From assembly GCA_040901985.1 (NCBI GenBank), contig JBBDYC010000008.1, positions 314,636-333,373 on the forward strand: a DNA stretch of 18,738 nucleotides, written 5' to 3'. The DNA comes from Gemmatimonadaceae bacterium (GTDB lineage: Bacteria; Gemmatimonadota; Gemmatimonadetes; Gemmatimonadales; Gemmatimonadaceae). Under the pieces are notes generated by a model, which saw nothing but the letters and a program-made list of their open reading frames with translations, had not been told where the DNA came from and did no database searches. Each line of letters begins with the position of its first letter. Positions within the stretch are counted from its first letter, which is position 1. The translations under genes were made by a program, and so were the position numbers. This document shows positions 1 through 10,500 of this stretch, piece by piece.

Positions 1-174
1 GTGGCGGGGGGGGGGCGCGGGCGTGGCCGGCGCCCGCCCCGCGCGCTTGAGTGCGTCGCGCAACAGGAACTCGATCTGCCCGTTCAGGCTGCGCAGGTCG
101 TCATTGGCCCACCGCTGGACCGCGTCGAGCAGCTCGCGGTCCACGCGCAGCAGGAAGGGCTTCTTCTCGGCCAC
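1..174 (-). CDS. Small Arc/ribbon-helix-helix DNA-binding protein, truncated at the window edge (not in ORF track)
   Basis: Read by hand from GTG at 174: MAEKKPFLLRVDRELLDAVQRWANDDLRSLNGQIEFLLRDALKRAGRAPATPAPPPRH..., with no stop before position 1. The FLLR beta strand, helix, RSLNGQIEFLL pattern is typical of Arc/RHH proteins. It starts 18 nt after the SPFH stop. Confidence 0.85.
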   Translation of the reverse strand, partial: MAEKKPFLLRVDRELLDAVQRWANDDLRSLNGQIEFLLRDALKRAGRAPATPAPPPRH

Positions 175-192
175 TGGCGGGCTCGGCCCCGA

Positions 193-1062
193 TCAGGTGT
201 AGAGCGAGCCGGTGTTCACCACCGGCTGCGTGGCGTGGTCCGAGCAGAGGACCACCAGCAGGTTGCTCACCATCGCCGCCTTGCGTTCGTTGTCGAGCAC
301 GACGATGGACTTGGCGCTCAACAGCTCGAGCGCCGTCTCGACCATCCCCACCGCGCCCTCGACGATCTTCTGCCGCGCCGCGATGATCGCGCTCGCCTGC
401 TGCCGCTGCAGCATCGCCGCCGCGATCTCCGGCGAGTAGGCCAGGTGGCTGATCCGCGCCTCGACCACCTCGACCCCCGCCTTCAGCAGCCGCTCGACCA
501 GCGCCTTCTCCAACGCGAGCGAGACCTCCTCGGTGTGCGTCGAGAGCGACATCTCGTTCGTCGAATGCGAATCGTAGGGATACTGCGTGGCCACCGAGCG
601 GAGCGCCGACTCCGACTGCACCGACACGTACACCGCGTAGTCGTCCACCTCGAACAGCGCCTCGGCCGAGTCCACCACCTTCCAGACCACGATCGCGCCG
701 ATCTCGATCGGGTTGGAGTGGTTGTCGTTCACCTTGAGCTTGGAGGTCTCAAAATTCCGGATGCGGAGCGAGATTGCCTGCTTCGTCAGGAACGGGTTGG
801 CCCACCAGAAGCCATCCTTGCGGACCGTGCCCTTGTAGGTGCCGAAGAGGACCAGCGCCTTGGCCTCGTTGGGGTGCACGATGAAGAGGCCGGCGAGGAG
901 GAACGACGCCAGGACGACGACGAGCAGCGCCGCGACGCCGGTCACTTCGTGCCCCGCGTGGAACTCGCGGATCATCGCGGCCACGCCGGCGATGTTGACG
1001 ACGAGCAGGCCGATCAACACGGGGAGGCCGCTGGCCGCAGGGTACGGCTTTTCTTGATACAT
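193..1062 (-). CDS. SPFH/band-7 (stomatin/prohibitin-like) membrane protein, 289 aa
   Basis: Two N-terminal hydrophobic segments, then [43 protein letters not shown] and [22 protein letters not shown]. Start placed at ATG 1062 rather than 1092 because AGGAG lies 9 nt upstream of it and 1092 abuts the predicted -10 box. Confidence 0.93.
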   Translation of the reverse strand: MYQEKPYPAASGLPVLIGLLVVNIAGVAAMIREFHAGHEVTGVAALLVVVLASFLLAGLFIVHPNEAKALVLFGTYKGTVRKDGFWWANPFLTKQAISLRIRNFETSKLKVNDNHSNPIEIGAIVVWKVVDSAEALFEVDDYAVYVSVQSESALRSVATQYPYDSHSTNEMSLSTHTEEVSLALEKALVERLLKAGVEVVEARISHLAYSPEIAAAMLQRQQASAIIAARQKIVEGAVGMVETALELLSAKSIVVLDNERKAAMVSNLLVVLCSDHATQPVVNTGSLYT

Positions 1063-1093
1063 CGGGTGGAACTCCTGATAGGGTGGTAGCATT

Positions 1094-1122
1094 ACGATAT
1101 CATATCAATATCCTGCTGTCAA
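1094..1122 (-). promoter_or_regulatory. Sigma70-type promoter for the SPFH-RHH operon
   Basis: Minus strand reads TTGACA (1122-1117), 17 bp, TATCGT (1099-1094), with an extended -10 TG. This is an AT-rich patch in GC-rich DNA. Confidence 0.75.
1096..1112. promoter_or_regulatory. Candidate operator with three ATATC direct repeats
   Basis: GATATC-ATATC-AATATC overlaps the promoter spacer and -10 box. It includes the palindrome GATATC. Confidence 0.5.
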
Positions 1123-1257
1123 GGGCCCCGTAAGTCGTGTGCGCCACGTCGCATAGCCGATGTGGCCTCCAACGTTGCGCCGAAGCCGCAATCGTCGGAA
1201 TATTGGTCACCCGTACCTGCGACTTCCCGGTCCCATCTATAGAGAGAGTTCGCACGC

Positions 1258-2934
1258 TTGATCTGCGTCCACTGCAGCACGCCCGTCCCTGACGAAGCGA
1301 AGTTCTGCCACTCGTGCGGGTCGCTTGTCTCCGATGCCGGAGGCCAGGCGGCGGCGACGGCGTCAATGGACCAGAACGCGTTTGCGCATCTCGAGAACCT
1401 CCTGCGGGAGGAGATCAAGGGCGAATTCACGCTCGGCAAGATGCTCGGGCGCGGCGGAATGGCGGTGGTGTACCTGGCGACGGAGACGCACCTCTCCCGC
1501 AAGGTCGCGCTGAAGGTTCTCCCGCCGGAGCTGACCTTCGGCCACGGGGTGGACCGTTTCATGCGCGAGGCCAAGACGGCCGCCGCGCTCGACCATCCGC
1601 ACATCATCCCGATCTACCGCATTGGCCAGGGCGGGAAGATTTTCTGGTATGCGATGAAGTTCCTCGAGGGGACGTCGCTCGACGACGTGCTCAAGGACCG
1701 CGGCCCGTACGAGCTCGACGAGGCGCTCGACATCCTCGAGCAGGTGGCCGACGCGCTCGACTACGCGCACGCGCACCAGGTGATTCACCGCGACATCAAG
1801 CCGGCGAACATCATGCTCGACCAGCGGAAGAACGTGGTGATCACGGACTTCGGCATCGCCAAGGCGCTGACGGAGGGCGCGCTGACGGCGTCGGGGTCGG
1901 TGATCGGGACGCCGTACTTCATGTCGCCGGAGCAGGGGATGGGAAAGCCGGTGGCCGGCGCCGCCGACCAGTACTCGGTGGCGGTGATGGCGTACCGGAT
2001 GCTCGCCGGCCACGTCCCGTTCGACGGTGACTCGGCGATTGACATCCTGCACAAGCACTGTATGGCCGAGGCGCCGCGGCTGGACGAGGATATGGAGGGC
2101 ATCCCGACGCACGTCGCCAGCGCGATCGAAAAGGCAATGGCGAAGAAGGCCGCCGACCGGTTCCCGACGGTGAGCGACTTCGTCGCGGCGATGCGGGACG
2201 AGCACCATCTGTACGCTCGGCCGAGCGTGAAGACGGTGATGCTGAGCCCGGACGAGGTGGCAAAGGCGACTTCCGGCCCGCGGAAGCAGGTCACCAAGGC
2301 ATCGGCGAAGAAGGCGGCGAAGACGATGGCGGCGCGCGCGCGGCCGGTGCCGGCGGCGCCGGCGCCGAAGAGCCGTGCCGGCCTCTTCGTCGCGCTCACT
2401 GTGCTCCTCCTCGGCGGGGGCGGCTATGCCGGCTGGACCGTGCTGAACAGGCCGGCCGCAGACCCAGGGTCTGGTACGGTGGCCGAGGCGCCGCCAACGA
2501 CGGATGCGTCAGGCCCCGCCGTCGCGCCCGACTCGACGCCGGCGGTGGTGACGCCGCCGCCGGTCCAGACGCAGCGACAGGACCCGCCGCCGACCACGCG
2601 GCAACCGGATCCAGCGCCGCGTGAGCCGCGGCCGCGCGAACAAGCGCGGGCCACTACACCGCCGGCAAACAACCCGACGCCACCGCCGCAGCAGCCGGCT
2701 CAGCCGCCGGCGGCGGCGGCGCCGGCGACGCTCCGGCTCGGCGTGTCGCCGCCGGCCGACGTGACGATTGACGGCGTGGCGCGGGGCCAGCAGCGGCAGC
2801 TAATTACCGAACTGACCGCCGGCCAGCACCAGATCCGGGTCGAGCGCGAGGGCTACGTCACCAAGGACACCACCGTCACCCTGACCGCGGGACAGACGGA
2901 AACCATCCGCCTGACGCTGGAGCAGCGGCCGTGA
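1258..2934 (+). CDS. Membrane-anchored Hanks-type Ser/Thr protein kinase with N-terminal zinc ribbon and C-terminal PEGA domain, 558 aa
   Basis: TTG start after AGAGAGAG. CVHC...CHSC zinc ribbon. Intact kinase motifs GRGGMAVV, VALK, HRDIKPAN, DFG, GTPYFMSPE and DQYS. Then a basic stretch, TM AGLFVALTVLLLGGGGYAGW (about 2380-2440), a Pro/Gln-rich linker and a PEGA-like domain (about 2725-2925: PPADVTIDG...LTAGQHQIRVEREGY). Confidence 0.95.
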   Translation: MICVHCSTPVPDEAKFCHSCGSLVSDAGGQAAATASMDQNAFAHLENLLREEIKGEFTLGKMLGRGGMAVVYLATETHLSRKVALKVLPPELTFGHGVDRFMREAKTAAALDHPHIIPIYRIGQGGKIFWYAMKFLEGTSLDDVLKDRGPYELDEALDILEQVADALDYAHAHQVIHRDIKPANIMLDQRKNVVITDFGIAKALTEGALTASGSVIGTPYFMSPEQGMGKPVAGAADQYSVAVMAYRMLAGHVPFDGDSAIDILHKHCMAEAPRLDEDMEGIPTHVASAIEKAMAKKAADRFPTVSDFVAAMRDEHHLYARPSVKTVMLSPDEVAKATSGPRKQVTKASAKKAAKTMAARARPVPAAPAPKSRAGLFVALTVLLLGGGGYAGWTVLNRPAADPGSGTVAEAPPTTDASGPAVAPDSTPAVVTPPPVQTQRQDPPPTTRQPDPAPREPRPREQARATTPPANNPTPPPQQPAQPPAAAAPATLRLGVSPPADVTIDGVARGQQRQLITELTAGQHQIRVEREGYVTKDTTVTLTAGQTETIRLTLEQRP

Positions 2935-4568
2935 AGCGCCTTCTTCTCCTTGTCGCCCTGCTGGTCGTCGCGGCACCGACAGCCGGCGCCCAGGGACGCC
3001 GCGCCGAACTCCTGCAGCAGGCGACCGCGGCGTACGACGATTTCGACGCGGCGCGCGCGCTTCGCCTCGTCCGCACGGCGCTCGACCCCGCGCTCGGGCC
3101 GCTCGACACGACCTGGGTGCGCGGGGTGCATCTGCTGACGCAGATCCTGATTGACGAGGACCAAGGACCGCTCGCCACCACGTGGGCGCGCTGGGCGATG
3201 CGCCTCGAGCCGTCCATGACGCTCGATACGGTGAACTTCGTCGCCGAGGTCGTGACCACGATGCGCGAGGCGCGCGCGACAGCGGCCCGCACCGCCGGCG
3301 ACGACGCCACGCGCTCGACGCACGACTGGCCGTCGTTGAACGACGAGGCGCAGCAGGGCAGGTTCCGCGTGGCGCCGAGTCCGGTCCCGGTGAACCTCCT
3401 CGTCGTCGGCCGCGGGCTGATTACCGCCGGCCCGGGGATGCAACTCCCGGCGGGGAGCTACGAGCTCGAGGCGAGTGCCTCCGGGTTCCTCCCCGCCCGC
3501 CTCACGCGCGAGGTGCTGCCTGGCGTGACGATCAACTTCAGCTTCACGCTGACGCCGGCCGCGGCGGCGGCGGCGACGCTTGCCGCCGACGTGCGCTCGC
3601 GCGTCGCGCGCGCGATTGTCCCGCTCAACATCACGCGCTTCGGGATGCCGGCCGCCTGTGCGGCGGGCGTCACGGCCGGCGGCGACAAGCTCGTCCTCAC
3701 GTCGTATCACGCGATCCGCGGCGCCGATGCCATCGTGGCCGGCGGCGGCGCCGCCGGCGCGCCCGACGCGATTCGCGTCGCCGCCTGGGATGTCACGGCC
3801 AACCTGGCCATCCTCGTCGTGCCGACCGCGCCGAGCGACACGCTGCCCCTGACGACCACGCTGACCGACGGGCAGGCGCTCTTTGGCATCGGACTCGCCG
3901 AGTGCCGAACGGCCAACGAGTCGCGCGTGCTGCTCGACACGTGGGCGGGCCGTCCGACCGGAGTGCTCCAGCTGTCCACCGCGCCGACGCTGGCGCTGGC
4001 CGGTTCGCCGCTGGTGGACTATCAGGGAACCATCGCCGGCATCTGGGCTGAGGGCCCGAGCGGCGTGCCGGCGGCAGTGGTCACGCCGCTGATTGCGCGC
4101 GCCCGCGTCAACATCGCGGCGCGGCAGCTGCGCACGCCGCAAGAGGTCGCGCTCGCCGAGCGCCATCGCTACGGCGCGGTGGTGATTGCCGCCGACGTGC
4201 CGACGGCACGAATCAAGGTCACGCCGATCGAGGCGTGGCATTGGGAAGGGCTGATCGCCGAGGGCGCGGGGCCTCTGACCTTCTCGGGGCCGGCCGGCCG
4301 CTACCGGGTGGAGGTCTCGGCGCCCGACGCGACCACGCGGACGCAGGAGATCACGATCATCGCCGGTGAACGGACGCGCGCGGCGGTTTCGTTGCGTCAG
4401 GTGGCCGGCGGGCCCGGCGTACCGGCGGCGCGGGGCCGTGGGCTGCCCCGTTGGGCGTGGTTCGCGATCATCGGCGGCGGCGCCGGGGTCGCGGCGCTCG
4501 CGCTCGGGGGCGGTGGCGGGGGCGGCGAATCCGGCGGCTCCATCGGCCTCTCGGTGCCCAACCCGTGA
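2931..4568 (+). CDS. Exported protein: signal peptide, helical TPR-like region, PEGA-like domain, degenerate trypsin-like domain, second PEGA-like domain, C-terminal TM/Gly-rich tail, 545 aa
   Basis: GTG start overlaps the kinase stop (GTGA). Signal peptide MKRLLLLVALLVVAAPTAGA-Q. PEGA-like motifs LPAGSYELEASASGF and PAGRYRVEVSAP. Trypsin-like motifs VLTSYHAI, DVTANLAIL and AGSPLVDYQGTIAGI. Tail RWAWFAIIGGGAGVAALALGGGGGGG. Confidence 0.85.
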   Translation: MKRLLLLVALLVVAAPTAGAQGRRAELLQQATAAYDDFDAARALRLVRTALDPALGPLDTTWVRGVHLLTQILIDEDQGPLATTWARWAMRLEPSMTLDTVNFVAEVVTTMREARATAARTAGDDATRSTHDWPSLNDEAQQGRFRVAPSPVPVNLLVVGRGLITAGPGMQLPAGSYELEASASGFLPARLTREVLPGVTINFSFTLTPAAAAAATLAADVRSRVARAIVPLNITRFGMPAACAAGVTAGGDKLVLTSYHAIRGADAIVAGGGAAGAPDAIRVAAWDVTANLAILVVPTAPSDTLPLTTTLTDGQALFGIGLAECRTANESRVLLDTWAGRPTGVLQLSTAPTLALAGSPLVDYQGTIAGIWAEGPSGVPAAVVTPLIARARVNIAARQLRTPQEVALAERHRYGAVVIAADVPTARIKVTPIEAWHWEGLIAEGAGPLTFSGPAGRYRVEVSAPDATTRTQEITIIAGERTRAAVSLRQVAGGPGVPAARGRGLPRWAWFAIIGGGAGVAALALGGGGGGGESGGSIGLSVPNP

Positions 4569-7500
4569 TGCGCGCCAGTCGTCGGCTCCTCGGTCTGGCC
4601 GCGGCCACCCTCGCGGGCGGCGTGATTGCGTCGTGCGACGACCCGACGCGTCCGCCGACCGTGGGCGAGATCGCGCCGCGGATTGCCCTCGTGATGCCCG
4701 ACTCGGCGACGCTCGCCTCGCTCGTGCTCCCGCTGACCGCGGTGCGCGCGCAGGTGATCGGCCCGACCTCGAAGATCGTGGATCTCACGCTCGTCGGGTC
4801 GTCGTGGACCGGCAAGGCCAGCGGCCTGAGCGCTGGCGACTATCAGGTGATCATCGAGGGCCTCGCCGCGGGCGAGGTGCAGTTCTACGGCCGCGTGCCG
4901 AGCGTCAGCGTCGTGCGCGGGGCGACCGCGTCGCCGTTCGTGTCATTCGCTGCCGCCGTGCCGGTCGTTGATGCACCGCCGCTGCTCAATACGACCAACT
5001 TCTCGCAACGGATCCCTTTCTCGGCCATTCCGGCGGCGACCGCGTACTCCGTCCAGGTCAGCCAGTCGAGCACCTTCGCGTCAGGGAACATCGAGTTCGT
5101 CACGACGGAGACCAATCCCATCGTGACCGTCACCGGGGTCGGCACCTGGTACGTCCGCACGCGTGCGACGTTGCCGGGAACCTCGTCGCCGGTGCCGTGG
5201 TCGGACTCGCGCACCTTCCAGGTCTTCGAGGCGCTGGGTGGCCGCACCGAGGATGACGCGACGTCCGTCCCGGTGGACCCGCTCCTCCCCGACACGCTGA
5301 GCGACCGCAACCTGACACCGGACGCACGCGAGGACTGGTTTGACTTTGCGGTGCGCGCCGGCGATTCGCTCTTCATCGAGACCGTCGCCGCGCGGCTCTC
5401 GCCGCCCTCGGCGCTCAACACCGTCCTGACGCTGTTCCACCCCGACGCGGTCACCCAGATCGCGACGGACGACAACGGCACCGGGACGGCCGACTCGCGG
5501 ATCGTCGCGGTCGCGCCGGTCACCGACACGCTCAAGATCCGTGTCACCGCGCCGGGCGGCACGTCGGGCCATTACGAGCTGGTGCGCGAGATCCGCCGCC
5601 TCCCGGCGGCGCCCACCGCGCTCGGCGCCACCGTCGTCTCGGGGACGCAGGTGGACCTCGCGTGGACCGACAACGCGGACAACGAGTCGCAGTTCGTCAT
5701 CGAGCGCTGCATTGGCGACAGCTGCACGAACTTCGCCGAGGTGGCGACCGTGCTCTCGAACGTGGTGGCCTATTCGACCAACACGTTGACGCAGGGGCTC
5801 GACTACCGCTGGCGGGTGCGGGCGCGGAACAGCCGCGGGACCTCGGCGCCAACGAACATCGTCCTCACGAGCACGGCCGGACCTGCCGCGCCGACGACGC
5901 TGGGGGCGACGACGATCTCGGCCACGCGGATTGACCTGGCGTGGACGGACAACGCCACCAACGAACTTGGCTACCGCGTCCGCCGCTGCACCGGCGTCGA
6001 CTGCACGCCGACGACGACCGAGATCGCTGAGCTGGGGCCCGGTGCGACATCGCATTCGGATTCCACGGTCGTGTTCGGGCAGTCGTATACGTACCACGTG
6101 ATCGCGTACAACAACGTGATGGAGTCAACGCCGAGCGCCCCGGCGACGGCAAACACCTTCCCGCCGGCCACGCCGTCATCGCTGGTGGCGACGGTGGCTG
6201 GTGCGACGCGGATCACCCTCGCCTGGACCGACAACGCGAGTGACGAGCTGGGCTTCCGGGTCGAGCGCTGCACCGGCGACACCTGCACCGACTTTACCGA
6301 GATTGCCGTCGTCGGCGTGAATGTCACGGCGCACGTGGACTCGGTCGGGCTCGCGTTCAATACCGGCTACCGTTACCGGGTGCGGGCCTTCCACGCCGTG
6401 ACCGGCGTGGCGTATTCGAACATCGCGAACGCCGACACGCGGCCGCCGACCGCGCCCACGTCGCTGACGGCGACCACGGCGCCGGGTCCGCAGGTGGGCC
6501 TGAATTGGACCGACACGTCGGACGATGAGATCGGATTCGTCATCGAGCGCTGTGTCACCGGCGGTTGCACGAACTTCGCGGCGATTGATACCGTGGCCGC
6601 GGGGGTGGTGGGCTTCGCCGACACCGATGTCGTGGTGGGCGAGTCGTACAGCTACCGGGTCTTTGCCCTTGGCGTGCCGGGGAACTCGGCGGTGTCGAAC
6701 GTCGCGAGCACCAACACCAACCTGCCCGGCGCGCCGAGTGGGCTGAGCGCGACGACCGTGAGCGCGTTCCGGATTGACCTCGCGTGGACTGACGGTTCGA
6801 CCAACGAGACGGGCTTTGAGGTCCAGCGGTGTGACGGCGTCGCGTGCGACACGTTCGTTTCGCTGGCGACCTTGGGTGCGGGCGTTCAGGCGCACGAGGA
6901 CTCGACAGCGGCGCCGGGACTGAGCTTCACGTATCGTGTGCGCGCGGTTGGCGTGGTGGGCAACTCCGGGTTCTCGAACGAGGCCACCGCCAACACATTC
7001 GCGCCGGCGGACCCGAGCGGCCTGACCGCGACGACGATCTCCGGCTCGCGGATAGACCTCGCGTGGGTGAACAACGCCCCCGAGGCGACCGAGATGCGGA
7101 TCGAGCGCTGCTCGGGCGTCGGGTGCTCCGGCTTTGTCGAGATTGACGTCGTGCCGGCCGCGCAGACGACGTACCAGAACCTAGGCGGCGCCTTCCCGGT
7201 CGCGCTCAACGAGACCTACAGCTATCGCGTCCGTGCGCAGAATGTGGCGGACGTGTCGGGCTATTCGAACACGGCGACGGCGCACACGATCCAGCCGTCG
7301 GCGCCGACGCTGATGGCGGTGACGGTCAGCGCTTCGCAGATTGACCTCTCGTGGACGGCCTCTACGCCCGACGTCACCGGTTACGAGGTCGAGCGCTGCA
7401 CGAATGTCGGTTGCACGAACTTCCTCTTCCTTGGCGGGACATCCACTCTCCTCTATTCGGACGCCACCGTCTCGGCGGGGAACGACTACCGCTATCGCGT

Positions 7501-10500
7501 CCGCGCGGTGAACGTCGTCGGACCGGGCCCGTACAGCAACACCGCTGACGTCAACACGCGGACGCCGGCGGCGCCGACCGGGCTCGTGGCGACGACGATG
7601 GTCGGAATCGTCCGCCTCACCTGGACGGACAACGCCGACAACGAACTCGGCGTGATCGTCGAACGGTGCGCCGGCGCCGCGTGTGTGCCGGTCGAGCTCA
7701 TCGTCCTCACGACGATCGGCATCGAGACGTGGGACGATTCGAGCGTCGTAGCCAACACCGAGTACACGTACCTCGTGAAGGCGTACAACAGCGCCGGCAC
7801 GTCGGTGGCGTCGTCGGAGTCCTATGCCAATACGCTGATCGCCGACCAAGTGACCGTGCTCTCGGCGACGGCCGTGTCGCCGACCCAGATAGACCTGGCG
7901 TGGACGCCAAGCGCCAGCCAAGGGACCGGGTTGATTCTCAACTACAACGTGTACCGTTGCGACGGCGCCTGCGACCCCGCGACCGGGGCATTGCTCGTGT
8001 CCCTGCCGGCCGATTCGGCGGCGTATGAGGACACCTCGGTCGAAGCCGACAGTGGGTACACGTACGCGGTCGTGCCGCGGACGGCGTTCGGCGAGACGCC
8101 GATTCCAGGGAGCGCAACGGCCTTCGCGAGCACGAAGCTGCCGGCGGCACCGAGCAACCTCGTCGGCACGCTGATGAGCCCGAGCAGCATTCAACTCGCC
8201 TGGACGGACAACTCCGGTAACGAGACGCATTTCGAGGTGGCGCAGTGCGCAGGTGTCGGATGCACGAACTTTGTGACGGTCGCGTCCCCGGGGGCGGGCG
8301 TCACGACGTTCCTTGCCGACACGCTGACCTTCGACGTGCGTTACCGCTTCATCGTGCGCGCGGTGAACACCGCGGGCAGTTCGGCGTGGTCTGACACGCT
8401 CGAGATTGGGACGACGGTGCCGGCGGTGCCGACCGACCTTGAGGCGTACATCACGGACGGCAGCGGCAACATCCGGCTGCTGTGGACCGACGCGTCGGAC
8501 AACGAGAGCGGTTTCGAGATTGATTACTGCGTCGGCGCAGACTGCGAGTCGTGGGTCCTCCTGACGGCGGCAGCCGCGAACACCACGCAGCTCGACCTTG
8601 GGTCCCTGGGAGCAAACACGTTCCGCTTCCGGATCCGCGCGACGAACGCGGCGGGGACCTCAGCGCCATCGGCGTTTACTGAGATCACGGGCGACGGGCC
8701 GTACGCGGCGCCCATTGGAACGATCGCGACGACGACGGGACCGACGAGCATTCTCATCACCTGGTCGGATCAGACCAACAACGAGACCATCTTCAGGATT
8801 CTCCGGTGCACCGGCGGTTCCTGCGACCCCCTCATGGGGACCGTGGTGGACTCCGTTGCCCGTGACGTCACGTCGTTCGACGATACCAGCGTCGGAACCG
8901 GGGCGCTCTATCGCTACGTGGTGGTTGCCGTGAACGGCTTTGGGGAGTTGGCGTCCGCGGCGTTCGACGGCCACACGATGCTGCCCGATGCGCCGGGCAC
9001 CCTGTCGGCGACGACGATCTCCAGCGCGGAGATTGCCTTGGCGTGGACCGACGGCGGGCCGTTCGAGACCGGGTACGTGATCGAGCGCTGCCAGGGCGGA
9101 GGGTGCACCGGTTTTGCGGTGATTGACACCGTACCGGCGAACTTCGTGTCGTTCAACGACACCGGATTGTCGGCGAACGCGACGTACCGGTATCGCGTGC
9201 AGGCGATCAATGCCGTGGGCGCGTCGGCGTACTCAAACATCGCCGAAAAAGCGACCGATATACCGGCCACGCCGACCGATCTCAGTGCGTTGGCGATGAC
9301 GACCACGCGGATTGACCTCGCCTGGACCGACAACGCGACGAACGAGGACTTCTACATCGTCGAGCGGTGCGCGGGCACCTGCGACGCCAGCGGGACGTTC
9401 GTCCAGATCGAGACGGGGCTCGCCCCGAATGCGCAGGCCTACACGGACAACGGCGTCAGCGCAGGCCAGACGTACAGCTATCGCGTACAAGCCCTGAATG
9501 CGGGCGGCGCGAGCCCGTACACGAACATCGCGACGGCCACCGCGGCAGCACCGATTGACCCGACCGACCTGACGGCGACGACCCTCAGCGGCACGATGAT
9601 CGCGCTGACGTGGACCGACAATGCGACGAATGAGCTGAGCTACCAGATCGAGCGGTGCACGAGCGCGACGTGTCCGACCTTCACGTTGCGGAAGACACTC
9701 GCGCCGGACGCGACCGGGTACGTGGATACCGTCGCGGTGGACGACACGTACACGTACCGCGTCCGCGCCGTCAACAACGTCGGCGCTTCGGGCTATACGA
9801 GTGAGGAGTCGGCGAACACGCTCCGGCCGTTTGCGGCGAGCGGCTTCACCGCCGTCACGGTCTCGGGGACGCGCATTGACCTCTCGTGGACGGACAACGC
9901 CGCCGACGAGGACGGGTACGTGATCGAGCGGTGCAGCGGCGTCGGCTGTTCGGACTTTGCCATTCTCGACTCGTTGCCGGTGGATGCGAGCGGCTATCAG
10001 AACGACGGCATTGCGACGGAGACCTCGTTCACCTACCGGCTGTACGGCTACAACGTTGCCGGTCCGTCGGACATCACGGGCCCCGTGACCGCGACGACAA
10101 TCACGCCAGCCGCACCCACGAGCTTGGCGGCGGTGCTTGCCGCGCCGGGCCAGATCGACCTCAGCTGGACCGACAACGCCGACAACGAGCTCCACTATCG
10201 CGTCGAGCGTTGTAGTGCGGGCACCAGCAAGTGCGCCACGGCGGACTCGATGAACGTCTACGCCGTGGAGATCGCGACGCTCGGGCCGGACGCAGTCAGC
10301 TATTCCGATGCCGGCCTCGCCCCGGCGACACTCTACTTCTATCGAGTCCGTGCGACGAACACCGCCGGCTCGTCGCCGTACTCGGCGATCGTGAGCCGGA
10401 GCACGAGCGTTCCGCCGGCCCCGACGGGCCTGGTGGCGGTGACGATCCTGGCCACGCGCATTGATCTGACTTGGACCGACGCCTCGGCCAACGAGGATGG

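Noticed and set aside
6..15. G10 homopolymer as a phase-variation tract
   Set aside because: It encodes a Pro run in the low-complexity tail after the RHH domain, at the window edge. A shift would not remove the domain, and it could be a sequencing artefact.
1..1089. 362-aa plus-strand ORF
   Set aside because: Antisense shadow of the SPFH and RHH genes. It is Arg/His-rich with no motifs, as expected in high-GC DNA.
1175..1204. Plus-strand promoter for the kinase operon (TTGCGC ... GAATATT)
   Set aside because: The -10 match and spacing are too weak to call.
2853..4241. 462-aa minus-strand ORF and other overlapping ORFs in genes 1-2
   Set aside because: Shadows of plus-strand genes that have clear motifs and coupled starts.
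4451..4567. Upstream start for the giant ORF as given in the track
   Set aside because: It overlaps gene 2 by more than 100 nt and buries the lipoprotein signal. ATG 4568 is coupled to the upstream stop.
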